From the NCBI GenBank assembly GCA_965220745.1, contig CBDCQT010000011.1, forward strand, positions 224,001 to 288,000: 64,000 nucleotides of DNA, read 5' to 3'. Origin of the DNA: Alphaproteobacteria bacterium (GTDB lineage Bacteria > Pseudomonadota > Alphaproteobacteria > UBA828). Positions 34,831 through 45,135 of this stretch are shown one piece after another; positions within the stretch are counted from its first letter, which is position 1, and every line of letters begins with the position of its first letter. Both the position numbers and the translations under genes were made by a program. Below the pieces are notes generated by a model. That model searched no databases, was not told the origin of the DNA, and saw only the letters and a program-made list of their open reading frames with translations.

Positions 34831-35769
34831 ATGATCGTCGTCTTCGGCTCGCTCAACGCCGACCTCGTATTCGCCGTCGGCGCCCTGCCGCGCCCAGGCG
34901 AAACGGTGCTCTGCCCGGGCCACCAAGCCGCGGCGGGCGGCAAGGGGCTGAACCAGGCGGTCGCCGCGGCGCGGGCCGCGACGGATCCGACGACCTCCGT
35001 GCAGATGGTCGGCCGCGTCGGCCCAGATGGCTTTGCCTCGCTCGCACTCGCGGCCCTGGAGGACGCGGGAGTCGGCACCGAGGCGATCACCGAGAGCGCG
35101 CTGCCGACCGGCTGCGCCGCGGTGATCGTGGACCGCGTGGGCGAAAATCAGATCACCGTGGCAAGCGGCGCCAACACGGACCTGCCGCCGGAGGCGCTGC
35201 CGGACGACTGGCTCGGACCGGAGACGGTGCTCGTGCTGCAGATGGAGGTCCCGCTGGAGTCGAACTGGGCGGTCGCCCGGCGGGCCAAGGCACGGGGCGC
35301 CCAGGTCGTGCTCAATCTGGCCCCGGCCAACACCGTACCGGCCGAGCTGATTCCGTCGTTCGATCTTGTGGTGTTCAACGAAATCGAGGCCGAGATGCTC
35401 GCCCGTGCGCGGGCGCTTGATGACGCCGCTGGCGAGGACGCGGCCCGCGCCATTACCGCGCGCTATGGCGTGACGACGGTGGTGAGCCTCGGCAGCGCCG
35501 GCGCCGCCGCCTTCACGCCTGACGAGGCCTGGCGCTGCGGTGCGCTCGCGATCGAACCCGTAGACACGGTGGGGGCGGGCGATGCCTTCGTCGCCGGCCT
35601 CGCCCTTGGGCTCGAGACGGGGGCGGCACTGCCCGCGATGTTGCACCGGGCGAGCGCCATCGGCGGCCTCGCCTGCTTGCGTGAGGGCGCAGCGCCTGCG
35701 ATGCCGTCCGCAGCCGAGATCGAGGCGCGGCTCGGCGACCTTCCGCCAGCGCAACCTATCCCGTTATGA
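34831..35769 (+). CDS. rbsK: Ribokinase (PfkB family)
   Basis: GSLNAD, PGETV, GGKGLNQA, NEIE, DTVGAGDAF. Confidence 0.85.
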   Translation: MIVVFGSLNADLVFAVGALPRPGETVLCPGHQAAAGGKGLNQAVAAARAATDPTTSVQMVGRVGPDGFASLALAALEDAGVGTEAITESALPTGCAAVIVDRVGENQITVASGANTDLPPEALPDDWLGPETVLVLQMEVPLESNWAVARRAKARGAQVVLNLAPANTVPAELIPSFDLVVFNEIEAEMLARARALDDAAGEDAARAITARYGVTTVVSLGSAGAAAFTPDEAWRCGALAIEPVDTVGAGDAFVAGLALGLETGAALPAMLHRASAIGGLACLREGAAPAMPSAAEIEARLGDLPPAQPIPL

Positions 35770-36867
35770 GGAGGATGCCTCGGCGGCGCGGTCCGGAAAC
35801 AGGGTCTGCAGGCCCTTCTGGGAGGCTTCGCACACGCCGCGATCGGTGATGAGCGCGGTCACGAGCCGGGCGGGTGTCACGTCGAAGGCATAGTTGGCTG
35901 CCCGGCTACCGGCGGGCGTGAGCGCCACCTTCGTCTCCTGACCCGCTTCGTCGCGCCCTGTGATCGTCAGCACCTCGTCTTCGTCCCGCTGCTCGATGGG
36001 GGTCTCCGCACCGTCCTCCAAGGACCAGTCGATGGTCGGATGGGGCAGCGCGACGTAGAAGGGGACGTCGTTGTCGCTAGCAGCCAAGGCCTTCAGATAG
36101 GTGCCGATCTTGTTGCAGACGTCGCCGCGGGCCGTCGTGCGGTCCGTGCCGGTGATACAGAGATCGACCAAACCGGTCTGCATCAGGTGACCACCGGCGT
36201 TGTCCACGATCACCGTGTGCGGCACACCGTGGCTGGCAAGCTCCCACGCGGTGAGCGCGGAGCCCTGGTTGCGTGGTCGGGTCTCGTCGACCCAGACATG
36301 GACCGCGATCCCCTTGTCGTGGGCCATGTAGAGCGGTGCCAGCGCCGTGCCCCAGTCTACGGTCGCGAGCCAGCCGGCGTTGCAGTGGGTGAGCACGTTG
36401 AGCGTGCCGTCCTTGCCCTCGGCGGCCTGCTCCAACAGGGCGAGACCGTACTCCCCGATCGCCCGATTGATGGCGACGTCTTCGTCGCAGATCTCCGCCG
36501 CCCGCCGGTAGACAGCGGCAGGGCGGTCTGCGGCAGGCAAGGGCCGCAGCCGACGGCCGAGATCCTCCAGCGCCCAGCGCAGGTTGGCCGCCGTCGGCCG
36601 CGTGCCGGCCAGAAGCGTGATGGCGTTCTCCAGGTTTGAATCGCTCGGGTCCTCGGCGAGCGCGAGGGCCATGCCGTAGGCCGCCGTCGCGCCGATAAGC
36701 GGCGCGCCGCGCACCACCATCGTGCTGATGGCGTGTGCGGCCTCCTCGACCGAGCGAAGCCGGCGCGTTCCGAAGTTGTGAGGAAGCCGCGTCTGGTCGA
36801 TGACGACGACCGTGCGGCCGTCCTCGTCCAGCCAAATGCTACGATAGGGCTGGCCGTCGATCTTCAT
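35764..36867 (-). CDS. mtnA: Methylthioribose-1-phosphate isomerase
   Basis: IDQTRLP, VRGAPLIG, THCNAGWLA, DETRPRNQG, NKIGTY. Confidence 0.93.
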   Translation of the reverse strand: MKIDGQPYRSIWLDEDGRTVVVIDQTRLPHNFGTRRLRSVEEAAHAISTMVVRGAPLIGATAAYGMALALAEDPSDSNLENAITLLAGTRPTAANLRWALEDLGRRLRPLPAADRPAAVYRRAAEICDEDVAINRAIGEYGLALLEQAAEGKDGTLNVLTHCNAGWLATVDWGTALAPLYMAHDKGIAVHVWVDETRPRNQGSALTAWELASHGVPHTVIVDNAGGHLMQTGLVDLCITGTDRTTARGDVCNKIGTYLKALAASDNDVPFYVALPHPTIDWSLEDGAETPIEQRDEDEVLTITGRDEAGQETKVALTPAGSRAANYAFDVTPARLVTALITDRGVCEASQKGLQTLFPDRAAEASSS

Positions 36868-37550
36868 GAGCCACTGCCCGCCTTCGTCATCATATCGTAG
36901 CGCACCCGGTCATGGGCCTCCACCGGGTCCACACCCTGACGCACCGCCTCGATGATGCCCTCCTCGATATTCTTGAAGAGCGTGGCGTGCTCCAGCACCT
37001 CGGCCGCCCGCGCCAGGGGCACGATGCAGACTCCGTTCTCGTCGGCGACGATGATGTCGCCGGGGTCGACCGGGACGCCGCCGAGGCGCACGGGAATGCC
37101 GTAGCCCGCGCAGGCGCAGCGGTTGCGGATCGACTGCTGTATGAAGCCCCGCCCGTAGACCGGCAGGTTCAGTTCCTTGTACTCGTCGATGTCGCGGGTG
37201 ACGCCGTCGATCACCGTGCCAACGAGGCCGAAGTGCCGGGTGGTGAAACCCGCGACGCCGCCGTAGCTGTTCACGTCCATCCGCCCGCCCTGGTCGATCA
37301 CGAGAACGTCGCCGGGATTGCCCAGCTTCACCGCCTCCAAGGTGCCGAGCACCGGCGATTCATCGGCCTGGCCCACCGGCACCAGCTTCAGCGTCGCGGC
37401 AGGGCCTACGATCTTGCCGCAGCTATCCCAGAGCGGGCCGATGCCGTGCGGCGCGCCCGCGATCCCGGCCCGGTCGAGACCATCCGAGACGTTGGCGGTG
37501 GAGAGCCGGCGGAATCCCTCGATGAGGCCCTTGAGGTCGGCGTCGGTCAT
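36864..37550 (-). CDS. RraA/HMG aldolase family protein
   Basis: TANVSD, PGDVLVID, VIDG.TRD, PGDIIVADENGV. Confidence 0.85.
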   Translation of the reverse strand: MTDADLKGLIEGFRRLSTANVSDGLDRAGIAGAPHGIGPLWDSCGKIVGPAATLKLVPVGQADESPVLGTLEAVKLGNPGDVLVIDQGGRMDVNSYGGVAGFTTRHFGLVGTVIDGVTRDIDEYKELNLPVYGRGFIQQSIRNRCACAGYGIPVRLGGVPVDPGDIIVADENGVCIVPLARAAEVLEHATLFKNIEEGIIEAVRQGVDPVEAHDRVRYDMMTKAGSGS

Positions 37551-37561
37551 GGTCGCTCCCG

Positions 37562-38497
37562 CTACGATTGCTGCGGCGTGTCGAAGCCCGTCTCCTTGGC
37601 CCGGACCAGCGCCGAGACGAGCGTGTTGTAGGGTGCTTCCAGGCCGAGCGCCAGAGCCTCCGGCGGGATCGCGCCGTTGATCGCGTCGATCTCCGAACGT
37701 CGGCCGGCCATGTGGTCCAGCAGCATGGAGGGGCGGGCGCCGGGAATCTTGGCGCCGAAGTCGTGCACGTAGGCGACGGGATCGTCGAAATCGAGGCGGA
37801 TGCCCTGGGCGCGGGCGACCCGATAGGCCTCCGCCGCGCAACCGGAGGCGATGGGCCAGGCGTCGGCATCCGCCATGATCTCGCCCACGGTGAGCCCCGT
37901 GAGTGTTGCCGTGCCGCTGTAGCAGACGTTGCAGATGAGCTTCTCCCAGACGAGCTGGTCGATATCATCGAAACACTTGACCCTGAAGCCAGACTCCCGC
38001 CAGAGCGCCGCGATGCGCTCCAGCCGGGGCGTCACCGCGCCGTGCGCTTCGCCGAGCCGCACCAGCTCCATGCCGTTGTGGTGAGCGTGGCCGGGCGCCA
38101 CGATCGAGGCGCCGAAGCCCCCGACCACGCCGACGATCACGCGCTGCTCGCCCAGGATGCGCGCGACCTTCGCGGCGCTGCCGAGGCCGTTCTGGATCGA
38201 CAGCACCGGGGTCTCGGGGCCGAGCAGGGCGCGGGCGCCGTTCGCGGCGGCCTCCACCTGCGGCGCCTTGGTCGCGACGATGACGAGATCGCAAGGGCCG
38301 ACGGTCGTGGGGTCGCTGGTCGCACCCAGTGCCACCGTGCGATCGCCGCTCGCGCCCTCGAGCCGGAGCCCCTTGGCGGCGATGGCGTCGACATGCGCCT
38401 GCCAGGTGTCGATCGCCCAGACCTCGTTGCCAGCATCCGCCATGAGCGCCGCGTAGACGCAGCCCATGGCCCCGGCTCCGACGATTCCGATCTTCAT
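37562..38497 (-). CDS. panE: Ketopantoate reductase family protein
   Basis: GAGAMG, ATK, QNGLG, WEKL..N, SMLLD...RSEIDAING. Confidence 0.85.
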   Translation of the reverse strand: MKIGIVGAGAMGCVYAALMADAGNEVWAIDTWQAHVDAIAAKGLRLEGASGDRTVALGATSDPTTVGPCDLVIVATKAPQVEAAANGARALLGPETPVLSIQNGLGSAAKVARILGEQRVIVGVVGGFGASIVAPGHAHHNGMELVRLGEAHGAVTPRLERIAALWRESGFRVKCFDDIDQLVWEKLICNVCYSGTATLTGLTVGEIMADADAWPIASGCAAEAYRVARAQGIRLDFDDPVAYVHDFGAKIPGARPSMLLDHMAGRRSEIDAINGAIPPEALALGLEAPYNTLVSALVRAKETGFDTPQQS

Positions 38498-38517
38498 GGC
38501 TCGATGCTCCGTTGGTT

Positions 38518-39252
38518 TCAGTTGCTGGCAGGAGCGCCGGAGGCCGGGCCGATGCGCGCGCCGTGCTCTTCGCAGGACGCTTCGGACAGTGCGACGAAGG
38601 GCTCGGTCACGTCGTCCGGCGCGGGCAGCTTGGCCGGGTCCTCGCCGGGATAGGCGCGGCGGCGGAGTTCTGTCGCCACCGGGCCGGGATCGAGCAGGTT
38701 GACCCGAAGCGCGCTCCGCCAGGTTTCCGCCGCGTAGCAGCGCACCAGCGCCTCCAATCCGGCCTTGCTCGCCGCATAGGGACCCCAGAAGGCGGGCGCG
38801 GTCTCAGCCGCGGCGGCGGAGACGAAGATCGCCCGGCCCGCAGGCGAGGCGCGCAGCAGGGGATCGAGACTGCGGATCAGGCGCCAGTTGGCACCCAGGT
38901 TGAGCCCGAGCGTCTGCTCCCAGTCATCAGGGGCGTAGTGCCCCACCGGGCTTAGCTGCCCCAATGTGCCGGCGTTGGCGACGAGGATGTCGAGGCGGCC
39001 GAAACGCTCGGCCAGAGCGCCGCCCAGCCGGTCGATCTGCTCACCGTCGTGCAGGTCCATCGGCACCAGCGTCGCGGGCTCGCCTGCCGCGCGCTGCACG
39101 GCGTCATCCACCTCCTCCAACCCGCCCGTGGTGCGAGCCACGAGGATGAGCCGCGCGCCTTCGACGGCGAAGCGGCGGGCGACGGCCGCGCCGATGCCGC
39201 GAGAGGCACCGGTCACGAGCGCGATCCGGCCTTCGAGACGCGGTGGCGCCAC
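38518..39252 (-). CDS. SDR oxidoreductase
   Basis: TGASRGIG, NAG, YAASK; usual neighbour downstream of purF. Confidence 0.88.
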   Translation of the reverse strand: MAPPRLEGRIALVTGASRGIGAAVARRFAVEGARLILVARTTGGLEEVDDAVQRAAGEPATLVPMDLHDGEQIDRLGGALAERFGRLDILVANAGTLGQLSPVGHYAPDDWEQTLGLNLGANWRLIRSLDPLLRASPAGRAIFVSAAAAETAPAFWGPYAASKAGLEALVRCYAAETWRSALRVNLLDPGPVATELRRRAYPGEDPAKLPAPDDVTEPFVALSEASCEEHGARIGPASGAPASN

Positions 39253-39260
39253 GATGCCGG

Positions 39261-40742
39261 CTAGCCCGATTCCGCGAGCAGGGAGAGCTGCGCCGGTGGC
39301 TCTCCAACCTGTTGATCCGAAAGCGGGATCGGGTAGTCGCCGGAGAAGCAAGCGTCGCAATAGCGCGGACGCGCCGGATCGCGGCCCGGCTCGCCCATGG
39401 CCCGGTAGAGGCCGTCGATCGAGAGGAAGGCGAGGCTGTCGACGCCAATCGAGTGCGCCATGGCGTCCACGTCGCGACGCGCGGCCAGGAGCTTCTCGCG
39501 CGCCGGCGTATCCACGCCGTAGAAGCAGGAATGAGCGGTCGGCGGGCTCGCGATCCGCATGTGGACTGCCGCCGCACCCGCCGAGCGCACCATCTCCACG
39601 ATCTTGGTCGACGTGGTGCCGCGTACGATGCTGTCGTCGACCAGCACCACCCGCCGGCCTTCGATGAGGCGGCGGTTGGCGTTGTGCTTGAGCTTGACGC
39701 CGAGGTGCCTGATCCGGTCGGTGGGCTCGATGAAGGTGCGCCCGACGTAGTGGTTGCGAATGATGCCGAGCTCGAAGGGGAGGCCAGCCTCGGCGGCATA
39801 GCCGATCGCGGCCGGCACGCCGGAGTCGGGCACCGGCACCGCCACATCGGCCGGCGCCGGCGCCTCTCGGGCGAGCTCGGCGCCAATGCGTTGCCTCGCC
39901 TCGTAGACCCCGATCCCTTCGGAGACGCTGTCGGGCCGCGCGAAGTAGATGTACTCGAAGATGCAGAAGCGCTGCCCGGTGGAGCGGAACGGCTTGATGC
40001 TCTCCACGCCCGCGTCAGAGACGATGACCAGCTCTCCGGGCTCGATATCGCGCACGAACTGGGCGCCGATGATGTCGAACGCCACCGTTTCCGACGCCAG
40101 AATCATCGCGCCGTCGAGCTGGCCCAGCACCAGCGGGCGCACGCCGTAGGGGTCGCGGACGCCGATCATGGCGTCCTTGGTGAGCGCCACCAGCGAATAG
40201 GCGCCGTGCACGCGTCCCAGGGCCTCGATCATGCGCTCGACCACGCGCGCGCGACGGCTGATGGCGATCAGGTGGACGATCACCTCGGTGTCGGAGGTGG
40301 ACTGGAAGATGCAGCCGCGCGAGACGAGATCGCCGCGGAGCGAAAGCGCGTTGGTGAGATTGCCGTTGTGCGCGATGCTGAGCCCGCCGAAGGCGAGGTC
40401 GGCGAAAAGCGGCTGGATGTTGCGTACCTCCGGCGCGCCCTGGGTGGAGTACCGGTTGTGGCCGATGGCGGCATGGCCCTCCAGCGCGTCGATCACCTCG
40501 CCCGAGGAGAAGATGTCGCCGACCCGGCCAAGCGCCCGGTGCGAGTGGAAGAGCGTGCCGTCGGTGCTGACGATTCCGGCCGATTCCTGCCCCCGGTGCT
40601 GCAGCGCGTGCAGGCCGAGTGCCGCGTGGGCCGCGGCGTCGGGGTGGCCGAAGATGCCGAAGACCCCGCATTCCTCGCGCAGCTTGTCGTCGTCGGGCGC
40701 GACACCCACGGCCGCGGCGCCCGTCCAGGCTGCCGCCATCAC
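39261..40742 (-). CDS. purF: Amidophosphoribosyltransferase
   Basis: EECGVFG, QHRGQE, VPDSG, VDDSIVRGTT, Fe-S cysteines. Confidence 0.96.
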   Translation of the reverse strand: MMAAAWTGAAAVGVAPDDDKLREECGVFGIFGHPDAAAHAALGLHALQHRGQESAGIVSTDGTLFHSHRALGRVGDIFSSGEVIDALEGHAAIGHNRYSTQGAPEVRNIQPLFADLAFGGLSIAHNGNLTNALSLRGDLVSRGCIFQSTSDTEVIVHLIAISRRARVVERMIEALGRVHGAYSLVALTKDAMIGVRDPYGVRPLVLGQLDGAMILASETVAFDIIGAQFVRDIEPGELVIVSDAGVESIKPFRSTGQRFCIFEYIYFARPDSVSEGIGVYEARQRIGAELAREAPAPADVAVPVPDSGVPAAIGYAAEAGLPFELGIIRNHYVGRTFIEPTDRIRHLGVKLKHNANRRLIEGRRVVLVDDSIVRGTTSTKIVEMVRSAGAAAVHMRIASPPTAHSCFYGVDTPAREKLLAARRDVDAMAHSIGVDSLAFLSIDGLYRAMGEPGRDPARPRYCDACFSGDYPIPLSDQQVGEPPAQLSLLAESG

Positions 40743-41401
40743 TCGACGCTTTCGCTCAGGCCGTCGAGCTGGTTCCGCTCGCGGTCGCTGTAGCCGGTCT
40801 CGCCGTCCTCTTCGCGTCGCTCGGCAGGCACGGGCTCGGTCAGCTCCTTCACGCTTCGCTCCCGGCCATCCTCGAAAGTCTCCTCGATGTGCCGGGTGCC
40901 TTCCTCGGCGACCTCCTCGGGGACCACCTCGCGCAGCGCAGCCACGCCCTGCTTGATATACGGCAAGGTCCTGGCCTCGTCGACCCAGGGCGGCCAGTCG
41001 CTTTGCGGCACCACCGAGCCGAACAGCATGTAGGCGATGCAGACCAGCGCCGCGCCGCGCAGGATGCCGAAGATGAACCCGAGAGTGCGGTCCAGCGCCC
41101 CGCCGCGGCTGCGCTGGATGCGGCCGGAGATGATCTGGTTGATGATGGTGAGGATCACCAGCACGACGACGAAGACCGCAACGCCGGCGACCACGTCGGC
41201 GATCAGCATGGAGTCCGGGATCAGGTCGCGGGCGATTGGCCGTGTATGGGGAAAGGCGAAGAAGGTCGCGACGCCCGCGCCGACCCAGGCCCCGATACCG
41301 AGAATCTCCCGCGCTGCGCCCCGGCCGAAGGCGAGCAGCGCCGAGAGGACGATGATCAGCGCCACCAGGATGTCGATCAGATTGACCGGCAGGTCTTCCA
41401 T
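40739..41401 (-). CDS. cvpA: CvpA-family membrane protein
   Basis: RG..RE, LDRTLGFIFG.LRG; lies between radA and purF. Confidence 0.88.
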   Translation of the reverse strand: MEDLPVNLIDILVALIIVLSALLAFGRGAAREILGIGAWVGAGVATFFAFPHTRPIARDLIPDSMLIADVVAGVAVFVVVLVILTIINQIISGRIQRSRGGALDRTLGFIFGILRGAALVCIAYMLFGSVVPQSDWPPWVDEARTLPYIKQGVAALREVVPEEVAEEGTRHIEETFEDGRERSVKELTEPVPAERREEDGETGYSDRERNQLDGLSESVE

Positions 41402-41414
41402 TCTGCCTCGATCG

Positions 41415-42803
41415 TCAGCGCGCGGGCCCCGCCTCCAGTGGGAGGAGCGCCACCAGGTCGCGCACATGGGTGAGCCGCCGCACCGCGATCCCCTGGCCCT
41501 CTCCCTCGCCTCCCTTCGCGCGGTCCGGCACCGGTGCAAGCGCATGGGTGAAGCCGAGCTTCGCGGCCTCCTTGAGCCTGGCCTCGCCCTGGCTCACCGG
41601 GCGAATCTCGCCGCCGAGCCCGACCTCGCCGAAGATGACGGCGCCGTGGTCGAGAGCCCGGCCCGCTGCGGACGAGGCAAGCGCGGCCGCAACCGCGAGG
41701 TCGGCCGCGGGCTCGGTGATGCGCAAGCCGCCGGCGACGTTGAGATAGACGTCGCAGACGCTGAGCCGAAGCCCCGCACGGGCCTCCAGAACAGCGAGCA
41801 CCATGGCGAGCCGGCCGGCGTCCCAGCCCACCACGGTGCGACGGGGCGAGCCCGCCGGCCCCGGCGCCACCAAGGCCTGAATTTCCACCAGAACGGGCCG
41901 CGAGCCCTCGACCCCGGCGAACACTGCGGCACCGGGTACCGGGCCCCGTTCGGGATCGACGAACAGGCTGGAGGGGTTGGGAATTTCCACGAGGCCGCGG
42001 TCGGTCATCTCGAAGACGCCGATCTCGTCGGTCGGCCCGAAGCGGTTCTTGATGGCGCGCACGATGCGGAACTGGTGACCGCGCTCGCCCTCGAAATAGA
42101 GCACGCAGTCGACCATGTGCTCGAGCACGCGGGGACCCGCGATCTGCCCCTCCTTGGTGACGTGACCGACCAGCACGAGCACCGTGCCGGTGCGCTTGGC
42201 GAGCCGGATCAGCTCCTGGGCGGAGCCCCGCACCTGGGCCACCGTCCCCGGTGCCGAATCCAGGTTGTCGAGGTACATGGTCTGGATCGAATCGATCACC
42301 ACCATGTCGGGCGGCGACCCCTCCTCCAGGCTTGTCACGATGTCGCGCACGTCGATGGCCGCCGCCAGCCCGATCGGCGCGCCCGCGAGGCGGAGCCGAG
42401 CCGCGCGCATGCGGATCTGCTCCAGGCCCTCTTCGCCCGAGATGTAGGCGGCGGGACTGCCCCCGCCGGTCAGTGCGGCCACGACTTGCAGGAGCAAGGT
42501 GGACTTGCCGATACCCGGATCGCCGGCGAGCAGGACGGCTGAGCCCGGCACGAAGCCGCCGCCCACGACCCGGTCGATCTCGCCGATCCCGCAGGGTCGT
42601 CGGGTTAGCACGCCGCCCGGTCCGTCGAGGGGCTGAAAATCGATCACGCGGCCCTTGCCGCTGCCGAGGCCGCGCGGCGGTGCCTCGCGCGGCACCTCCT
42701 CCGAGAGGCTGTTCCACGCGCCGCAGGCGTCGCAACGGCCGGTCCAGCGCGGCCGCGAGGCACCGCAGTCGCTGCAGACGAAGCGCTTCTCTGCCTTCGC
42801 CAC
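41415..42803 (-). CDS. radA: DNA repair protein RadA/Sms
   Basis: CxxC..CxxC, GDPGIGKST, KNRFG. Confidence 0.95.
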   Translation of the reverse strand: MAKAEKRFVCSDCGASRPRWTGRCDACGAWNSLSEEVPREAPPRGLGSGKGRVIDFQPLDGPGGVLTRRPCGIGEIDRVVGGGFVPGSAVLLAGDPGIGKSTLLLQVVAALTGGGSPAAYISGEEGLEQIRMRAARLRLAGAPIGLAAAIDVRDIVTSLEEGSPPDMVVIDSIQTMYLDNLDSAPGTVAQVRGSAQELIRLAKRTGTVLVLVGHVTKEGQIAGPRVLEHMVDCVLYFEGERGHQFRIVRAIKNRFGPTDEIGVFEMTDRGLVEIPNPSSLFVDPERGPVPGAAVFAGVEGSRPVLVEIQALVAPGPAGSPRRTVVGWDAGRLAMVLAVLEARAGLRLSVCDVYLNVAGGLRITEPAADLAVAAALASSAAGRALDHGAVIFGEVGLGGEIRPVSQGEARLKEAAKLGFTHALAPVPDRAKGGEGEGQGIAVRRLTHVRDLVALLPLEAGPAR

Positions 42804-42845
42804 CGGTTCTCTCAGCGGGACCGCTGTGCGGGCGCCGCGCGCCGT

Positions 42846-43661
42846 TCAGCCGGCCGCGGCATGGGCGACCGCGAGCTGAATCGGGCCCTCTGCCCGGCCG
42901 TTGACGAATTGCTCCACATGCGCATTCCCGCTGCTGTCGATCTCGGCGGCGGATCCCTGCCAAACGATCGCACCGTCGTGGATCATGGCGATTCGGTCGG
43001 CGATCTTGCGTGCGCTCCTCATGTCGTGGGTGATGGTGAGCGCGGTTGCGCCGAGCTCGTGCGTGCAGGTGACGATCAGGTCGTTGATGACATCGGCCAT
43101 GATCGGGTCGAGTCCGGTCGTGGGCTCGTCGAAAAGAATGATCTCGGGCTTGGTGGCGATGGCGCGGGCGAGCCCGACCCGCTTGCGCATGCCGCCGGAG
43201 AGCGCGGCGGGGTAGAGATCGGCCGAGTCCGCGTCGAGGCCCACTTGGGCCATTGTCTCTATGGCGAGCCCGCGCGCCTGCCTGCGAGGCATGCCCCGCG
43301 CCTGGATCAGACCGAAGGCGACGTTCTCCCACACCGAGAGGCTGTCGAAGAGCGCTGCGTTCTGAAACAACATGCCGATCTTGCGCATGGCGGCCTCGCG
43401 CGCGGTTCGGCTGCGGGAAAGCTCCTCGCCGTTGATGGTCACGCTTCCCGCATCCGGGCGCAGCAGGCCCAGCAGGCACTTGAGCATGACCGATTTGCCG
43501 ACGCCCGAGCAGCCGATCACCACCACCGATTCCCCGGCACCGATCTCGAGGTCGAGGCCGTCGAGCACGACCGTGCCGCCGAACGCCTTGCAGAGGCCGC
43601 GCAGGGCGATCTTGGGCTCGTTCGTGCCGTGCCCGTTGTGAGCGCTTGCCTGCGTGCTCAT
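42846..43661 (-). CDS. mlaF: MlaF-like ABC ATPase
   Basis: GCSGVGKS, LFQNAALFDS, LSGGMRKRVGLAR, DEPTTGLDP. Confidence 0.88.
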   Translation of the reverse strand: MSTQASAHNGHGTNEPKIALRGLCKAFGGTVVLDGLDLEIGAGESVVVIGCSGVGKSVMLKCLLGLLRPDAGSVTINGEELSRSRTAREAAMRKIGMLFQNAALFDSLSVWENVAFGLIQARGMPRRQARGLAIETMAQVGLDADSADLYPAALSGGMRKRVGLARAIATKPEIILFDEPTTGLDPIMADVINDLIVTCTHELGATALTITHDMRSARKIADRIAMIHDGAIVWQGSAAEIDSSGNAHVEQFVNGRAEGPIQLAVAHAAAG

Positions 43662-44437
43662 TGGGCGAAGAACGCTTCGGTGATGATGTAGTTGAAGATC
43701 AACACCAGGATCGCGCCGGTGACCACGGCGTTGGTGGTGGCCTTGCCCACACCCTGGGCGCCGCCCTTGGAGTGGAAGCCGTGGTAGCAGCCCATCAGCG
43801 CGATCAGGTATCCGAAGACGGCGGCTTTGACGAGGCCGGAGGCCACGTCCATGACCTCCAGGTATTCGAGGGTGTTATTGATATAGGCGTCCGGATTGAA
43901 GCCGAGCTTGAAGACGCTCACCAGATAGCCGCCGCCGACGCCGATGATGTCGGTGACGAGGACCAGAAACGGCAACATCAGCAGGCCGGCAAGAAGGCGC
44001 GGCACGATCAGATACTTGTGCGGATTGGTCGAGAGCGTGGTGAGCGCGTCGATCTGCTCAGTGACCCGCATGGTGCCGATTTCCGCCGCCATCGCGGCGC
44101 CGACCCGGCCGGCGACCATGAGGCCCGCCAGCACCGGCCCGAGCTCGCGGGTGATCGAGAGCACCACGACGGTCGGGATCGTGCTCTCGGCGGAGAAGCG
44201 GGAGAACCCGGTGTAGCTCTGCAGCGCCAGCACCATGCCGGCGAAGAGGCCGGTGAGCCCCACCACCGGCAGGGAATAGAAGCCGATCTCCACCATCTGG
44301 CGCAGAAGCAGGCGCGGGTAGAAGGGCGGTCTCGCGCAGTGCGAGGTTGCTTCGAGCGCGAAGAGGGAGAGGCGCCCGACAGCCTCGAACAGCGCCAGGA
44401 CGCCATGGCCGATCGCCTGTAGCGGAGGTCTCTTCAC
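43658..44437 (-). CDS. mlaE: MlaE-family permease
   Basis: RELGPVL, AEIGTMRVTEQIDAL, GAQGVG.ATT.AVV. Confidence 0.9.
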   Translation of the reverse strand: MKRPPLQAIGHGVLALFEAVGRLSLFALEATSHCARPPFYPRLLLRQMVEIGFYSLPVVGLTGLFAGMVLALQSYTGFSRFSAESTIPTVVVLSITRELGPVLAGLMVAGRVGAAMAAEIGTMRVTEQIDALTTLSTNPHKYLIVPRLLAGLLMLPFLVLVTDIIGVGGGYLVSVFKLGFNPDAYINNTLEYLEVMDVASGLVKAAVFGYLIALMGCYHGFHSKGGAQGVGKATTNAVVTGAILVLIFNYIITEAFFAQ

Positions 44438-44964
44438 GCAGCGTTCCCGTCGATGACGCCTCCGGGCCGACCTGCCCAGGCCGCGACTCGGCGCCAAGCG
44501 CGCGGGACTCTAGCCCGGATTTCTCGCCACGGTCACGGCTTGCGTCCCATTCAGGCGTTCGACCCGCGATGCGCAGCCCGAACCGCGCCGCGCGACCCAA
44601 GATTAGCGCCTGAAATGCCGCGGATAGACGAAAGGCCAGGTCAACGATCAGCGAGAAAGGCCAGAATCTCCCGCGCCGTCTCCTCCGGCGCCTCCTCGGG
44701 CAGGAAGTGACCGCAGTCGAGAGCGCGACCCTGCACGTCATCCGCCCGCTCGCGCCAGCTCTCCAGCATACTGAGCCCCTTGCCGGTCTGCCAGCCGGGG
44801 CGCTTGGGCATGGTGCCGGCCCAGAGCACCAGCATCGGGCAGGCGATCTTGCGGCCCCGGTCCGCTTCGTCATGCAATAGGTCCAGCGCGATGGCGCGGT
44901 AGTCCATGCACATGCAATGAAGAGTCTCGGGGTCGCTGAAGCAGCGTAGGTACTCGGCCTAATA

Positions 44965-45135
44965 CTACAGTTGCGTTTTGTGGCGATGTTTGTAATGGGC
45001 TCGTGCGGCACGGGCTTGGTGTCTTCGTCGCCAGAGAGACCACTGCATGACGAACGCGGCACAGATCGGCGGCCTGAGAAGGAGCTTGGCGAGCAGATGG
45101 CGGACCTCCGGCACTGTCGGCACGAGAGCGTTCAT
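44965..45135 (-). CDS. 56-aa ORF matching the IS701 transposase C-terminal segment
   Basis: PTVPEVRHLL..WSLWRRRHQARAARAHY; ATGA overlap with the transposase stop; its stop lies in the IR. Confidence 0.6.
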   Translation of the reverse strand: MNALVPTVPEVRHLLAKLLLRPPICAAFVMQWSLWRRRHQARAARAHYKHRHKTQL

